From contig CBDBCY010000004.1 of the NCBI GenBank assembly GCA_965203555.1, positions 2,016,001-2,080,000 on the forward strand: 64,000 bases of DNA. The letters run 5' to 3'. The notes below the pieces were generated by a model that did not search any database, was not told where the DNA came from, and saw nothing but the letters and a program-made list of their open reading frames with translations. The position numbers and the translations under genes were made by a program. Source of the DNA: Acidimicrobiia bacterium. GTDB taxonomy: Bacteria > Actinomycetota > Acidimicrobiia > Spongiisociales > ZC4RG35. Below, in pieces: positions 40,068 to 48,873 of this stretch. Positions within the stretch are counted from its first letter, which is position 1. Each line of letters begins with the position of its first letter.

Positions 40068-41086
40068 TGGTTCGGATGCGGATGAACCAGGCGGTGGCTG
40101 CCGCCCTGGGTGATGAGATGCGCGAAGACCCCAGCGTGGTGGTGTTCGGGGAAGACGTGGCGGCCGCCGGAGGGCCGTTCAAGACTTCGGACGGGCTGTT
40201 GGAGGAGTTCGGGCCCCTACGGGTTCGGGACACTCCCATCTCCGAGATGGGGTTCCTCGGCATGGCCGTAGGCGCCGCGGCCTCCGGTCTTCGCCCGGTG
40301 GCCGAAATCATGTTTATCGAGTTCTTGGGGGTGGCGCTCGACCAGGTGGTGACGGAAGCTGCCAAATTCCACTTCCTTTCGAACGGGGTGTTCACATGCC
40401 CGATGGTGGTGCGGGCTTCGATCGGCGCCGGCTTGGGTTTCGGGTGCCAGCACTCTCAGACGTTTGAGAACTGGATGAGTCATGCCCCTGGGCTGAAGAT
40501 GGCGGTCGTGTCCGGACCCCAATCCGCCTACGGGTTAATGCGATCGGCCATCCGGGATCCCAATCCGGTGGTGGTGCTGGAACCGCGGGCTCTCTACGGT
40601 GGCCGCGCCCAGGTGACTATCGGGGAGGAGGGGATCATTCCGCTGGGGGAAATCGCCAGGGTCCGGGAAGGCGACGACGTGACCATCATCACCGCAGGGG
40701 CGATGCTGCGGGTGGCCATGGCCGCCGCCAAGGCTTCGGATGACTGGTCGGCGGAGGTGATCGACCTTCAAACTCTTATCCCCTGGGATCGTGAGGGAGT
40801 CGTTTCGGCAGTGCGGCGGACCGGTCGGTTGGTGATCGTGGAGGAAAGCCCCTACACCTCCGGTTGGGGGACGGAAATCTCCTCCTACGTCGGCTCGCGT
40901 TTGTTCGGCGAACTCAGGGCGCCGGTGCTTCGGGTCACATGCCCCGATGTTCCCGTGCCGTTCGGGAGAGAACTGGAGTTGCGCTACATGCCGAACAAGG
41001 AGTACGTAACAGAGCAGATCGATCAACTGATGGCCACCGGCCGGGTACCCGACCCCTGGTGGGTGGGAGAAGGGAGCAGCGTCTGA
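40067..41086 (+). CDS. TPP-dependent 2-oxoacid/acetoin dehydrogenase E1 beta subunit
   Basis: Motifs GEDV, RDTPISEMG, RPVAEIMF, QHSQ, EVIDLQTLIPWD. Confidence 0.9.
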   Translation: MVRMRMNQAVAAALGDEMREDPSVVVFGEDVAAAGGPFKTSDGLLEEFGPLRVRDTPISEMGFLGMAVGAAASGLRPVAEIMFIEFLGVALDQVVTEAAKFHFLSNGVFTCPMVVRASIGAGLGFGCQHSQTFENWMSHAPGLKMAVVSGPQSAYGLMRSAIRDPNPVVVLEPRALYGGRAQVTIGEEGIIPLGEIARVREGDDVTIITAGAMLRVAMAAAKASDDWSAEVIDLQTLIPWDREGVVSAVRRTGRLVIVEESPYTSGWGTEISSYVGSRLFGELRAPVLRVTCPDVPVPFGRELELRYMPNKEYVTEQIDQLMATGRVPDPWWVGEGSSV

Positions 41087-42078
41087 TGGGCGACGGAACG
41101 AAGATGGAACGCCGTTTGGCTTTGGCTGACGACCGGGTGGCGCGCTACGAGCGGATGGTGGAGATACGCGCTTTCGAGGATCGGGTGCAGGGCCTCTTTG
41201 CCGAGGGACTGGTGCATGGCACTACTCATACCGCCCAGGGACAGGAAGCGGTGGCGGTGGGCATTGCCGCCGTGGCTCGCACCACCGATACGGTCACCTG
41301 CACCTACCGGGGACATGGCATGGGATTGGCCCTCGGAATGACCCCTGAGTTGATCCTGGGAGAGATCATGGGTCGGGAGATGGGATGCATCGGCGGCATC
41401 GCCGGTTCCATGCATCTCGTCGACCGGGAACTGGGCCTGCTTCCTACTTTCGCCATCATCGGCGCCGGTATTCCGGTGGCGGCGGGGGCGGCTCTGACCG
41501 CCCAGGTGAAGGGAACCGATGATGTGGCGATCGGAGTGTTCGGCGACGGGGCGTCCAATATCGGCGCCTTCCATGAAGGTCTGAACCTGGCCGCTATCTG
41601 GAATCTGCCGGTGGTGTTCATCTGCGAGAACAACCAGTACGGCGAGTACAGCCGGATCAACCTGACCACGCCCATCGACGATCTGGCCGACCGGGCCGTC
41701 TCCTACGGGATCCCTGGAGTCATGGTGGATGGGCAAGATCCCGACAAGACGGTGGTGGCGGTGAGCGATGCTCTGGAGAGGGCGCGGTCCGGCGAAGGTC
41801 CGACCCTGCTCGAGATGAAGACCTACCGTTACGCCGGGCACTCCCGGGCCGACAAGGCCGAGTACCGACCCGAGGGCGAGTTCGAGCGCTGGTACCAGCG
41901 GGATCCGATCAACACCTTCCGGGCAAGACTGGAATCAGAGGGCCTGCTGGCCGAAGGGCAGGCTGCCGAAATCGACCGGCAGGTGGCAGCCCGCATAGAG
42001 GCGGCGGTGGAGACCGTGAAAACAAGTCCCCCTGCCGGTGTCGATGCGATGTTCCGGAACATCTACGCGCCCGCATAG
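41086..42078 (+). CDS. TPP-dependent dehydrogenase E1 alpha subunit
   Basis: GQEA, TYRGHG, TPP motif GDGA...ENNQY, TYRYAGHS. Confidence 0.9.
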   Translation: MGDGTKMERRLALADDRVARYERMVEIRAFEDRVQGLFAEGLVHGTTHTAQGQEAVAVGIAAVARTTDTVTCTYRGHGMGLALGMTPELILGEIMGREMGCIGGIAGSMHLVDRELGLLPTFAIIGAGIPVAAGAALTAQVKGTDDVAIGVFGDGASNIGAFHEGLNLAAIWNLPVVFICENNQYGEYSRINLTTPIDDLADRAVSYGIPGVMVDGQDPDKTVVAVSDALERARSGEGPTLLEMKTYRYAGHSRADKAEYRPEGEFERWYQRDPINTFRARLESEGLLAEGQAAEIDRQVAARIEAAVETVKTSPPAGVDAMFRNIYAPA

Positions 42079-42095
42079 AAAGGATGTACTAACCG

Positions 42096-42332
42096 ATGCA
42101 GTTTGAGGTGAAGATGCCCAGGCTGGGCGAGACAGTGGACGAAGTGGTGCTTCTGGAGTGGATGGTCGAGGTGGGCGACGAGGTGGAGGAGGACACCGAA
42201 CTTGCCTTGGTCGAAACTGACAAGGTGGAGACCGAGGTGCCTTCTCCCGTGGCGGGAACCGTGATCGACATACTGGTGGAAGAGGACGCCGAAGTCGTCA
42301 CCGGAGAGGTGATCTGCGTCATTGAGACGTAG
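42096..42332 (+). CDS. Stand-alone lipoyl carrier domain
   Basis: MPRLGE, VETDKVETEVPSPVAG (lipoyl Lys); 78 aa with no catalytic domain. Confidence 0.88.
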   Translation: MQFEVKMPRLGETVDEVVLLEWMVEVGDEVEEDTELALVETDKVETEVPSPVAGTVIDILVEEDAEVVTGEVICVIET

Positions 42333-42614
42333 CCGTCAGGCTTTGCCTCGGGGGTTGGGGATGGCGACGCAGGCGATTTCCACCCGCGACGCCGGGAGGC
42401 GATAGCCGAGCCTGATCCGTCGAGGGGCCCCGATCCCTCGGCGCGCGGGTGGAAATTGGCCCCTAAAGGCCGATTAGGGCGCCGGGGAGGGCGAATTCAA
42501 CCCGGTCGGCGTGGAAAAAACCACCGTTGGCGCTCCGAAATTCCGCTCTGTGGGAATAGCATGAGGAGTGGCTAGTTGTCAAATCAGTGGACAACATTGT
42601 GGAAGGAGGTGGAA

Positions 42615-43934
42615 ATGGAAGGTTTAGATACCTATTTCCGAATCTCAGAGCGCGGTTCCTCGGTAGGCACCGAGGTCCGCGCGGGCATCACCACATTCCT
42701 GGTGATGGCCTATATATTGTTCGTAAACGCCTTGATTCTCGGCGACGCGGGTCTCGATCCTGCTGCCGTGGCAGCCGGGACGGCGCTGGTAGCCGCCATC
42801 ATGACGATCGCGATGGGGGTTTTCTCCAACTACCCGATCGCCATGGCGGCCGGTCTCGGGCTCAACGCAGTGGTGGCCTACAGCCTGACGGCCCAGGGCC
42901 TCTCGATAGAGGGAGCAATGGGCGTCATAGTTTGGGAGGGTGTCATAGTCACCGTCCTCGTCTTGTTTGGCCTGCGGGAAGCCGTGATGGCAGCTATACC
43001 GACCAGCCTCAAGTACTCGATCGGGGTGGGCATAGGCCTCTTCATCCTGTTCATCGGGTTGGTCAACGGCGGGCTGGTCCACGGAGAAGGGGGCACGATC
43101 GTAGAGTTCGTGTTTCCCACCGAAGCCGGTCAGGGGGTGACCTTGATCGGGGTACTGATCGGTGTGGTTCTGGTGGCGCGCAAGGTCAAGGGGGCGATGA
43201 TCATCACGATCGTGGCAACCACCGTCGTGGCCCTGATTGCAGGGGTTGCCAGCGTGCCGGACAGTATCGCGGCATCCGTGAGCCTCGAGACCCTCTGGGG
43301 CTTCGACCTCGGCAACTCGTTTGCGGAACTCGGCTTCCTGTCAGCGATCTTGGCAATCTTCACGCTGATGCTTGCCGACTTCTTCGATACGATGGGCACC
43401 GCCACTGCCATCGTCGAGCAGGCAGGATTGACCGATGAGGAAGGCAAGATCCCTCGTCTCAAAAGCCTCCTGCTGGTGGACTCGCTCGGCGCCGCGCTCG
43501 GCGGCGTGGCCGGAGTCAGCTCGAACACGAGCTACATCGAGAGCTCGGCGGGGGTGGCAGAAGGAGGAAAGACCGGTCTCACGTCCGTGGTCACGGGGAT
43601 ACTCTTCCTGATCGCCATTGTCCTGTCGCCGCTGGCCGGGATCGTCCCGGCACAGGCGACTGCACCGGTGCTGATCCTCATCGGGTTCCTCATGGTCGGG
43701 TTGCTCAAGCACATCGACTTTACGGACATGGAAGAAGGATTGCCGGCGCTGCTGGCCATCATTCTCATGCCCTTGACGTACTCGATCACAGTCGGGATAG
43801 CGGCCGGGTTTGTGACGCACACGCTGATCAAGGTGGTGAGGGGCAAGTCGAGCGAGATTCACGTTTTGATGTGGATAGTCTCGATTGCCAGCCTGGTCTA
43901 CTTTGCCAGCGACTGGATCGAGCTGTTCATCTAG
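42615..43934 (+). CDS. NCS2/AzgA family purine permease
   Basis: Motifs EVRAGITTFLVMAYI, GLGLNA, DFFDTMGT, YIESSAGVAEGGKTG. SD AAGGAGG. Confidence 0.92.
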   Translation: MEGLDTYFRISERGSSVGTEVRAGITTFLVMAYILFVNALILGDAGLDPAAVAAGTALVAAIMTIAMGVFSNYPIAMAAGLGLNAVVAYSLTAQGLSIEGAMGVIVWEGVIVTVLVLFGLREAVMAAIPTSLKYSIGVGIGLFILFIGLVNGGLVHGEGGTIVEFVFPTEAGQGVTLIGVLIGVVLVARKVKGAMIITIVATTVVALIAGVASVPDSIAASVSLETLWGFDLGNSFAELGFLSAILAIFTLMLADFFDTMGTATAIVEQAGLTDEEGKIPRLKSLLLVDSLGAALGGVAGVSSNTSYIESSAGVAEGGKTGLTSVVTGILFLIAIVLSPLAGIVPAQATAPVLILIGFLMVGLLKHIDFTDMEEGLPALLAIILMPLTYSITVGIAAGFVTHTLIKVVRGKSSEIHVLMWIVSIASLVYFASDWIELFI

Positions 43935-43955
43935 CCCCGTCCGGTTAGTTATATG

Positions 43956-43990
43956 TACGAGAGAGCGCTTCCCGGCGCTCTCTCGTATTT
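43956..43990 (+). terminator. Rho-independent terminator
   Basis: 13-bp stem TACGAGAGAGCGC / GCGCTCTCTCGTA followed by TTT. Confidence 0.75.
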
Positions 43991-44065
43991 CACATGCCGT
44001 GTATCCACCAGTAGCTGTATACAACGTTCCGGCAAATAGCGGACCTGCCAAAGGAGAACCTGGGA

Positions 44066-45082
44066 ATGGATAGCTTCGTCCGGGGCCTTCCAAAGACCGA
44101 GTTGCACATTCACATCGAGGGGACGCTCGAGCCGGAGATGATGTTTGAGATGGGGGAGCGCAACGGTGTGGCGTTGCCTTTCGGGTCTGTCGAAGAGGTG
44201 AGAGCAGCCTACGAGTTCGACGATCTCCAGTCTTTCCTCGACATCTATTACCAAGCTGCCGAGGTACTGCAAACCGAGGATGACTTCGCCCGGTTGATGG
44301 CGGCCTACCTGAGAAAGGCGGCATCCGACGGGGTGCGGCATGCGGAGATCTTCTTCGACCCCCAGACGCACACCGAGCGCGGTATCGGCATCGGGACGGT
44401 TATTCGGGGATTGGCGCGTGGACAACAAGAAGTAGCGGATGTGTCCTCGACCCTGATCCTGTGTTTCCTGCGTCATCTGCCGCCTGAATCGGCTGTCGAG
44501 GTGTTCGAGCAAGCCCGACCGTTCCTCGATTACCTCCAGGGGGTAGGACTCGATTCGGGCGAGTTGGGCAATCCTCCCGAGTTGTTCGCCGAGGCCTACC
44601 GCCGCGCCGTCGAGGCAGGCTTGAGGCCGGTCGCCCACGCCGGCGAGGAGGGCCCGGCGGAATACATCTGGTCGGCTCTCGACGTATTAGGTGTGGAGCG
44701 GATCGACCACGGGGTGCGCGCCGGAGACGACCCGACCCTGGTGGACAGGTTGATTAGGGAGCAGATTCCCCTGACCGTGTGTCCCCTCTCGAACCAAAAG
44801 CTCCAGGTGTTTCCCGATCTTCGAGACCACAATCTCAAGGAGTTGATGGATGCCGGAGTGCTGGTCACCGTCAACTCCGACGATCCTTCCTACTTCGGTG
44901 GTTACGTCGGAGATAACTACCTCGGTATCGCATCGGCCCTGGATCTATCCCGTGACGATCTGATCCAGCTAGCCCGCAATTCGGTGACAGCCTCCTTCCT
45001 GCCCGAGGGTCGGAAAGAGGCTCTCCAGAGGGAGATCACCGACTACATCATCTCCTCTTGGCCTGGATCCACCCAAGGGTGA
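44066..45082 (+). CDS. add: Adenosine/adenine deaminase
   Basis: Motifs [34 protein letters not shown]. Confidence 0.9.
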   Translation: MDSFVRGLPKTELHIHIEGTLEPEMMFEMGERNGVALPFGSVEEVRAAYEFDDLQSFLDIYYQAAEVLQTEDDFARLMAAYLRKAASDGVRHAEIFFDPQTHTERGIGIGTVIRGLARGQQEVADVSSTLILCFLRHLPPESAVEVFEQARPFLDYLQGVGLDSGELGNPPELFAEAYRRAVEAGLRPVAHAGEEGPAEYIWSALDVLGVERIDHGVRAGDDPTLVDRLIREQIPLTVCPLSNQKLQVFPDLRDHNLKELMDAGVLVTVNSDDPSYFGGYVGDNYLGIASALDLSRDDLIQLARNSVTASFLPEGRKEALQREITDYIISSWPGSTQG

Positions 45083-45393
45083 ACTTGTTACCCGACAGAG
45101 CAAGAACGTCGTCCGGGCTCGCTCCTTTTCTGACATGCTTGAACGGAGCCTGCGCCGCTACCAGAACAGGGCCAGGAAGGCGGGCCAGGTCTGAATCCTG
45201 GGCCGCGTGAACGCAAGTCGATCTACCTTTTCGTAAAGCTTCTGGTCGGAGACCCTCACCGGGAACTGCTTTGCAAAGGTATCGTGCTCCCCCGTCGCAT
45301 AACCGGACAACGCGTGGGTGCGTTTCTTTAGACACAGATGTGGTTGTGTACTACAATTCGGGTGAAGATGGCTGAACACGGGAGGTTGTCATA

Positions 45394-45669
45394 GTGAAAG
45401 CTGTTCAACGAACGGCGCTGCGGGAGGCAGGGTTTACCGAGGCTCAGACAAATGCCTTGGCCATAGCACTCGAGCCGTTTGCAACCAGGGAAGACCTGAG
45501 GAGCATGGTGGAAGAGTTGCGTCATGACGTGGAAGAGTTGCGTCATGACGTGGGGGTGTTGCGTCATGATATGGGAGTGTTGCGTAATGATTTGCGGTGG
45601 ATGAAGTGGGTAGGTGGCGCTATCGGCGTAGCGGTGCTGACCGAAATGGTCAGTAGCCTCTTTCTTTGA
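45394..45669 (+). CDS. DUF1640/CCDC90-like small coiled-coil protein with C-terminal TM anchor
   Basis: LREAGFTEAQTNAL...ATREDL, heptad repeats, then KWVGG plus hydrophobic tail. SD GGGAGG. Confidence 0.75.
   Translation: MKAVQRTALREAGFTEAQTNALAIALEPFATREDLRSMVEELRHDVEELRHDVGVLRHDMGVLRNDLRWMKWVGGAIGVAVLTEMVSSLFL
45508..45591 (+). repeat. Four 21-bp tandem repeats encoding heptads (VEELRHD x2, VGVLRHD, MGVLRND)
   Basis: GTGGAAGAGTTGCGTCATGAC occurs twice exactly, followed by two degenerate copies. Confidence 0.9.
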
Positions 45670-45845
45670 AGCAAAGTCGGTTTCGAATCTGTCTGCGCTG
45701 TTTCCGTGCGTCTAGTACGCGCTTCGGCAGTCCGCTTTCTGCCGGAAGAGCGACTCTGGCGAATACGGCCCGAATATGACTTACCCTTACATCATGACGT
45801 CCCCGGCGTGACAGGCCGGGTGGCATTACCCAAGAGAGGTGGACC

Positions 45846-46256
45846 ATGGAAGCTTTGTTGATTATCGGTCGGATTATGTTCTCGTTGATTTTCCTGGGGG
45901 CGGGGATAGGACACCTTGCTCAACCCGGCGCCACCGCCGGGTATGCGGCGTCGCGGGGAGTTCCTGCCGCCGGGTTGCTGGCCCGGGTCTCGGGTGTGCT
46001 CATCGCCGCAGGCGGTCTCGGGGTCATTTTGGGGGTGTGGATGGACCTGGCCGCGCTCGGACTGGCGGTGTACGTGTTGCTGGCCGCCTTCATGGTCCAT
46101 CACTTCTGGTCCGACGAAGAGCCGACCAAGACCGCCGAGATGTCGATGTTCATGAAGAACCTATCTATCTGTGGTGCCGGACTGATCCTCTTCGCCATGT
46201 CCGCGACCGGCGCCGACATGGGCTGGGAACTGGGAACACGCCTGTTCAATCTCTGA
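45846..46256 (+). CDS. DoxX family membrane protein
   Basis: Motifs IGRIMFSLIF, YAASRGVP, HHFW, FMKNLSI. Confidence 0.85.
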   Translation: MEALLIIGRIMFSLIFLGAGIGHLAQPGATAGYAASRGVPAAGLLARVSGVLIAAGGLGVILGVWMDLAALGLAVYVLLAAFMVHHFWSDEEPTKTAEMSMFMKNLSICGAGLILFAMSATGADMGWELGTRLFNL

Positions 46257-46337
46257 GATACGCGTTCTTCGGACAGCGGTAGGAAGGATTGTCCGCCTAT
46301 TATCAGCCGGAGGAATCGAACACGGGAGGCGGCAAAA

Positions 46338-46572
46338 GTGAAAGCAGTCCAACGGACGGCCCTGCGGGAGGCGGGATTCGCCGAGCCTCAGATGAATGCG
46401 TTGGCCATGGCTCTAGAGCCGCTGGCAACCAAGGAAGACTTAAAGGGCGTCGTAGAGGTGATTCGCTATGACCTGGAAGCGATTCGTAATGACTTGCGAT
46501 GGATTAAAATGGGTAGGAGGAGCCGTCGGCATCGCGGTGCTGGCCGAACTGGTCGGCGGTCTCTTTTCTTAG
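46338..46572 (+). pseudogene. Frameshifted paralogue of the 45394 DUF1640-like gene
   Basis: Same N-terminus MKAVQRTALREAGF. An extra A in AAAA (46506-09) shifts the frame; removing it restores WVGGAVGIAVLAELVGGLFS* ending at 46572. Confidence 0.75.
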
Positions 46573-46646
46573 AGGGGTTCGGATCCCGAACGGCGGCTAA
46601 TAGGAAGCCGTGGGATCTTTGACCAGGCTCCTGTAGGATTCTGAAG

Positions 46647-47738
46647 GTGGGCACCAACCAATCCCCGCTAAAAGTTGCCGTAATCGGTGCCGGTTGGTGG
46701 GCGGTGGAGAACCACCTTCCCGTGCTGGCGTCCCGTCCCGACGTGGAAATCCGGGCTGTCTGTCGCAAGGGCGCTGCGGAAGTACAAGCGGTAGCAGAAC
46801 GGTTCGGCGCGCCGGTGGCGACCGAAGATCATGAACTCCTGCCCTGGGACGAGCTGGATGCGGTGGTGGTTTCATCGCCGCACAGCCTTCACCACGAGCA
46901 CACCATGGCCGCCCTGGACCAGGGACTGCATGTGATGTGCGAAAAGCCGCTGGCGATCACTGGCGCAGATGCCTTCGATATGGTTACTAGGGCGGACGAA
47001 CAGGGGTTGGTGTTACTTGTTCCGCACGGATGGCAGTTCTTTCCCCAGGCTGCGGTTGCCCGTCAATGGATCAAAGCAGGTCGCATCGGCCGTTTGGAGC
47101 ATGTCGTCGCCCAGATGGCGTCTCCCGCTCGGGGCCTTTTTTCCGGCGAAGAGGACTCTATCCCAGGCGCGGAGAGCCCACCCGAGCCATCCACCTGGGT
47201 GGGGAAGGAGGGCGGGTACGCCTACGGGCAACTGAGCCACCTCTACTCATTGGTGTTCTGGCTGACCGGCTTGGTTCCCACCGAGGTGATGGGGGCAGTC
47301 AGTCCCGGCCCGGCAGGAAGCGACATGTATGACGCCTTTCTGTCTACCACCCGCCAGGGTCCTCTCATCTCTGTGTCCGGAGGAGCGGGCGTGCCGACCT
47401 CCCAGCGGCATCACATGGAGGTGCGGGTATTCGGAACTGAAGGAGTGGTGATCGTGGACCTGGAGCGGGACCGCATAGAGGTGGTCCGTGAGGACGGAGA
47501 CGACTACTCCTTTCCCCTGATGAGAGGCGCGGCCATCTATCCGGGGACGCTACCGGTGCACGCCTTCTGCGATCTGGCGTTGGGCTACCTCGACGCCGTA
47601 AACCACGGCGATGCGGTTGCGTCCGCCCTTGGCATTGCGGTGATCGAAGCGGCTCTTCGCTCTGCCCGCACCCGCCGCTCGGAGCCGGTTTCTGCTGCGC
47701 TCAGTGCAGCAGAAGCAAAGGGGATAAGACTGGATTAG
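46647..47738 (+). CDS. Gfo/Idh/MocA oxidoreductase
   Basis: Motifs VAVIGAGWWA and HVMCEKPL. Confidence 0.9.
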   Translation: MGTNQSPLKVAVIGAGWWAVENHLPVLASRPDVEIRAVCRKGAAEVQAVAERFGAPVATEDHELLPWDELDAVVVSSPHSLHHEHTMAALDQGLHVMCEKPLAITGADAFDMVTRADEQGLVLLVPHGWQFFPQAAVARQWIKAGRIGRLEHVVAQMASPARGLFSGEEDSIPGAESPPEPSTWVGKEGGYAYGQLSHLYSLVFWLTGLVPTEVMGAVSPGPAGSDMYDAFLSTTRQGPLISVSGGAGVPTSQRHHMEVRVFGTEGVVIVDLERDRIEVVREDGDDYSFPLMRGAAIYPGTLPVHAFCDLALGYLDAVNHGDAVASALGIAVIEAALRSARTRRSEPVSAALSAAEAKGIRLD

Positions 47739-47939
47739 CTGGGCCACCCTGCGAATACTCCTCGGTTCACGTCAAACCAGGCAATAACGCACGGCGACTC
47801 TTCTCTTTAGGATCTACTTGCCCGCCGTCTGCCTCCACGGACAACGCCGAACAACCGGCCACACCTGGATTGGAAGACGCAGGATTCGCTGAAAAAAATC
47901 TGTCTCGACCCGGCGAGGCAATGATTCTCAACCTAGCAT

Positions 47940-47971
47940 GATCATTAAATGATCGGGTCATATGATGATCC
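47940..47971. promoter_or_regulatory. Putative operator palindromes upstream of the barrel-protein/ABC operon
   Basis: Perfect GATCATT-A-AATGATC (47940-54), followed by TCATATGA in an AT-rich context. Confidence 0.5.
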
Positions 47972-47997
47972 GAGTAGTGAAGAATAGAAGGTGTGCA

Positions 47998-48777
47998 ATG
48001 TCAATGGTTCTTCCTCCCGACGAACGCCCGCTCCTGGTCTGTCGCGTCGACTGTCCGCCCCCTCTCCAAGAGGAGCTTGACGGCTGGACTGCCTGGCACT
48101 TTGACGACTTCGGCCGTCACTACGCGGTGTTGGGGGCGTCCAGCTACAAGATCATTCGCGACTTTGATCCTGAGACAGGACTCCCCGCGGCATTTAACGC
48201 TTCCCAGGCCACCCGTTTCATTCCATACGTGGCCACCAATATTCCGGACATGCATGCTTGGATCGGAAGCGAGGTGGTAACAGGAGGGTTGGATGAGCCC
48301 ACCTTGGAACGCGAGTCGCAGTATCCGTCACTGGAGCAGGAGCCGTTCAACGGGACCATGATGACCATTTCCAAGGTGATTGGAGCCTTGGGCAGGGATC
48401 AAGTGGGAAGCGGCGGCTGTGTTGTCGAACGCTTTGAAGTTGGTCCCGAACATGAAGAGGAGTTTGACGAGTGGCTTGATGGTCCACATCTCGCCAGCTA
48501 CGCAGAACTGGACGGATGGGTGAGGATTCGCACCTTCCGGGGAGATCGGACAGCTGACTACGCCTTTCCCTGGAACCGTTACCTGGGTAAAGGAAATCGC
48601 ATGCTCTGGTGCGAGTTGAAGGCGGACGTGGACCCCAAAGAGTTTGTTCGACGTCCCGAATACAACGAGATTCTGAAGGACTCGCTGCGATGGGATTCGG
48701 TGCTGCCTTACATCACCCGCGAAGCTTGCGAGGAATTCATCGTTCGCGACCTGTCGCAAATCCCTTCGGCAGTCTGA
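47998..48777 (+). CDS. Uncharacterised protein, probably two EthD/DUF4286-like dimeric alpha+beta barrel domains (paralogue A)
   Basis: EELDGW...HF and EEFDEWL...HL repeats are typical of EthD/DUF4286-like domains; similar to 52142..52867. Confidence 0.7.
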   Translation: MSMVLPPDERPLLVCRVDCPPPLQEELDGWTAWHFDDFGRHYAVLGASSYKIIRDFDPETGLPAAFNASQATRFIPYVATNIPDMHAWIGSEVVTGGLDEPTLERESQYPSLEQEPFNGTMMTISKVIGALGRDQVGSGGCVVERFEVGPEHEEEFDEWLDGPHLASYAELDGWVRIRTFRGDRTADYAFPWNRYLGKGNRMLWCELKADVDPKEFVRRPEYNEILKDSLRWDSVLPYITREACEEFIVRDLSQIPSAV

Positions 48778-48873
48778 CATTGGGGACACAGCTACCGACT
48801 AATGCCGGGTCATAATCACTGTCTCGTAGAACGGGGCAGTGCGAGAAACTGCTAAGGAAAGGAAGATCAAGCA

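Noticed and set aside
42333-42614. Purine riboswitch upstream of the NCS2 permease
   Set aside because: The conserved aptamer elements (TATAA...ATATGG...GTTTCTACC) are not present.
45083-45380. Minus-strand ORFs 45158..45379 and 45048..45335 as gene fragments
   Set aside because: No SD, no recognisable motif, and overlapping alternatives; cannot be supported without a search.
45508-45591. 21-bp repeats as a possible CRISPR array
   Set aside because: No spacers; the units are contiguous, in frame and encode heptads. No cas genes in the window.
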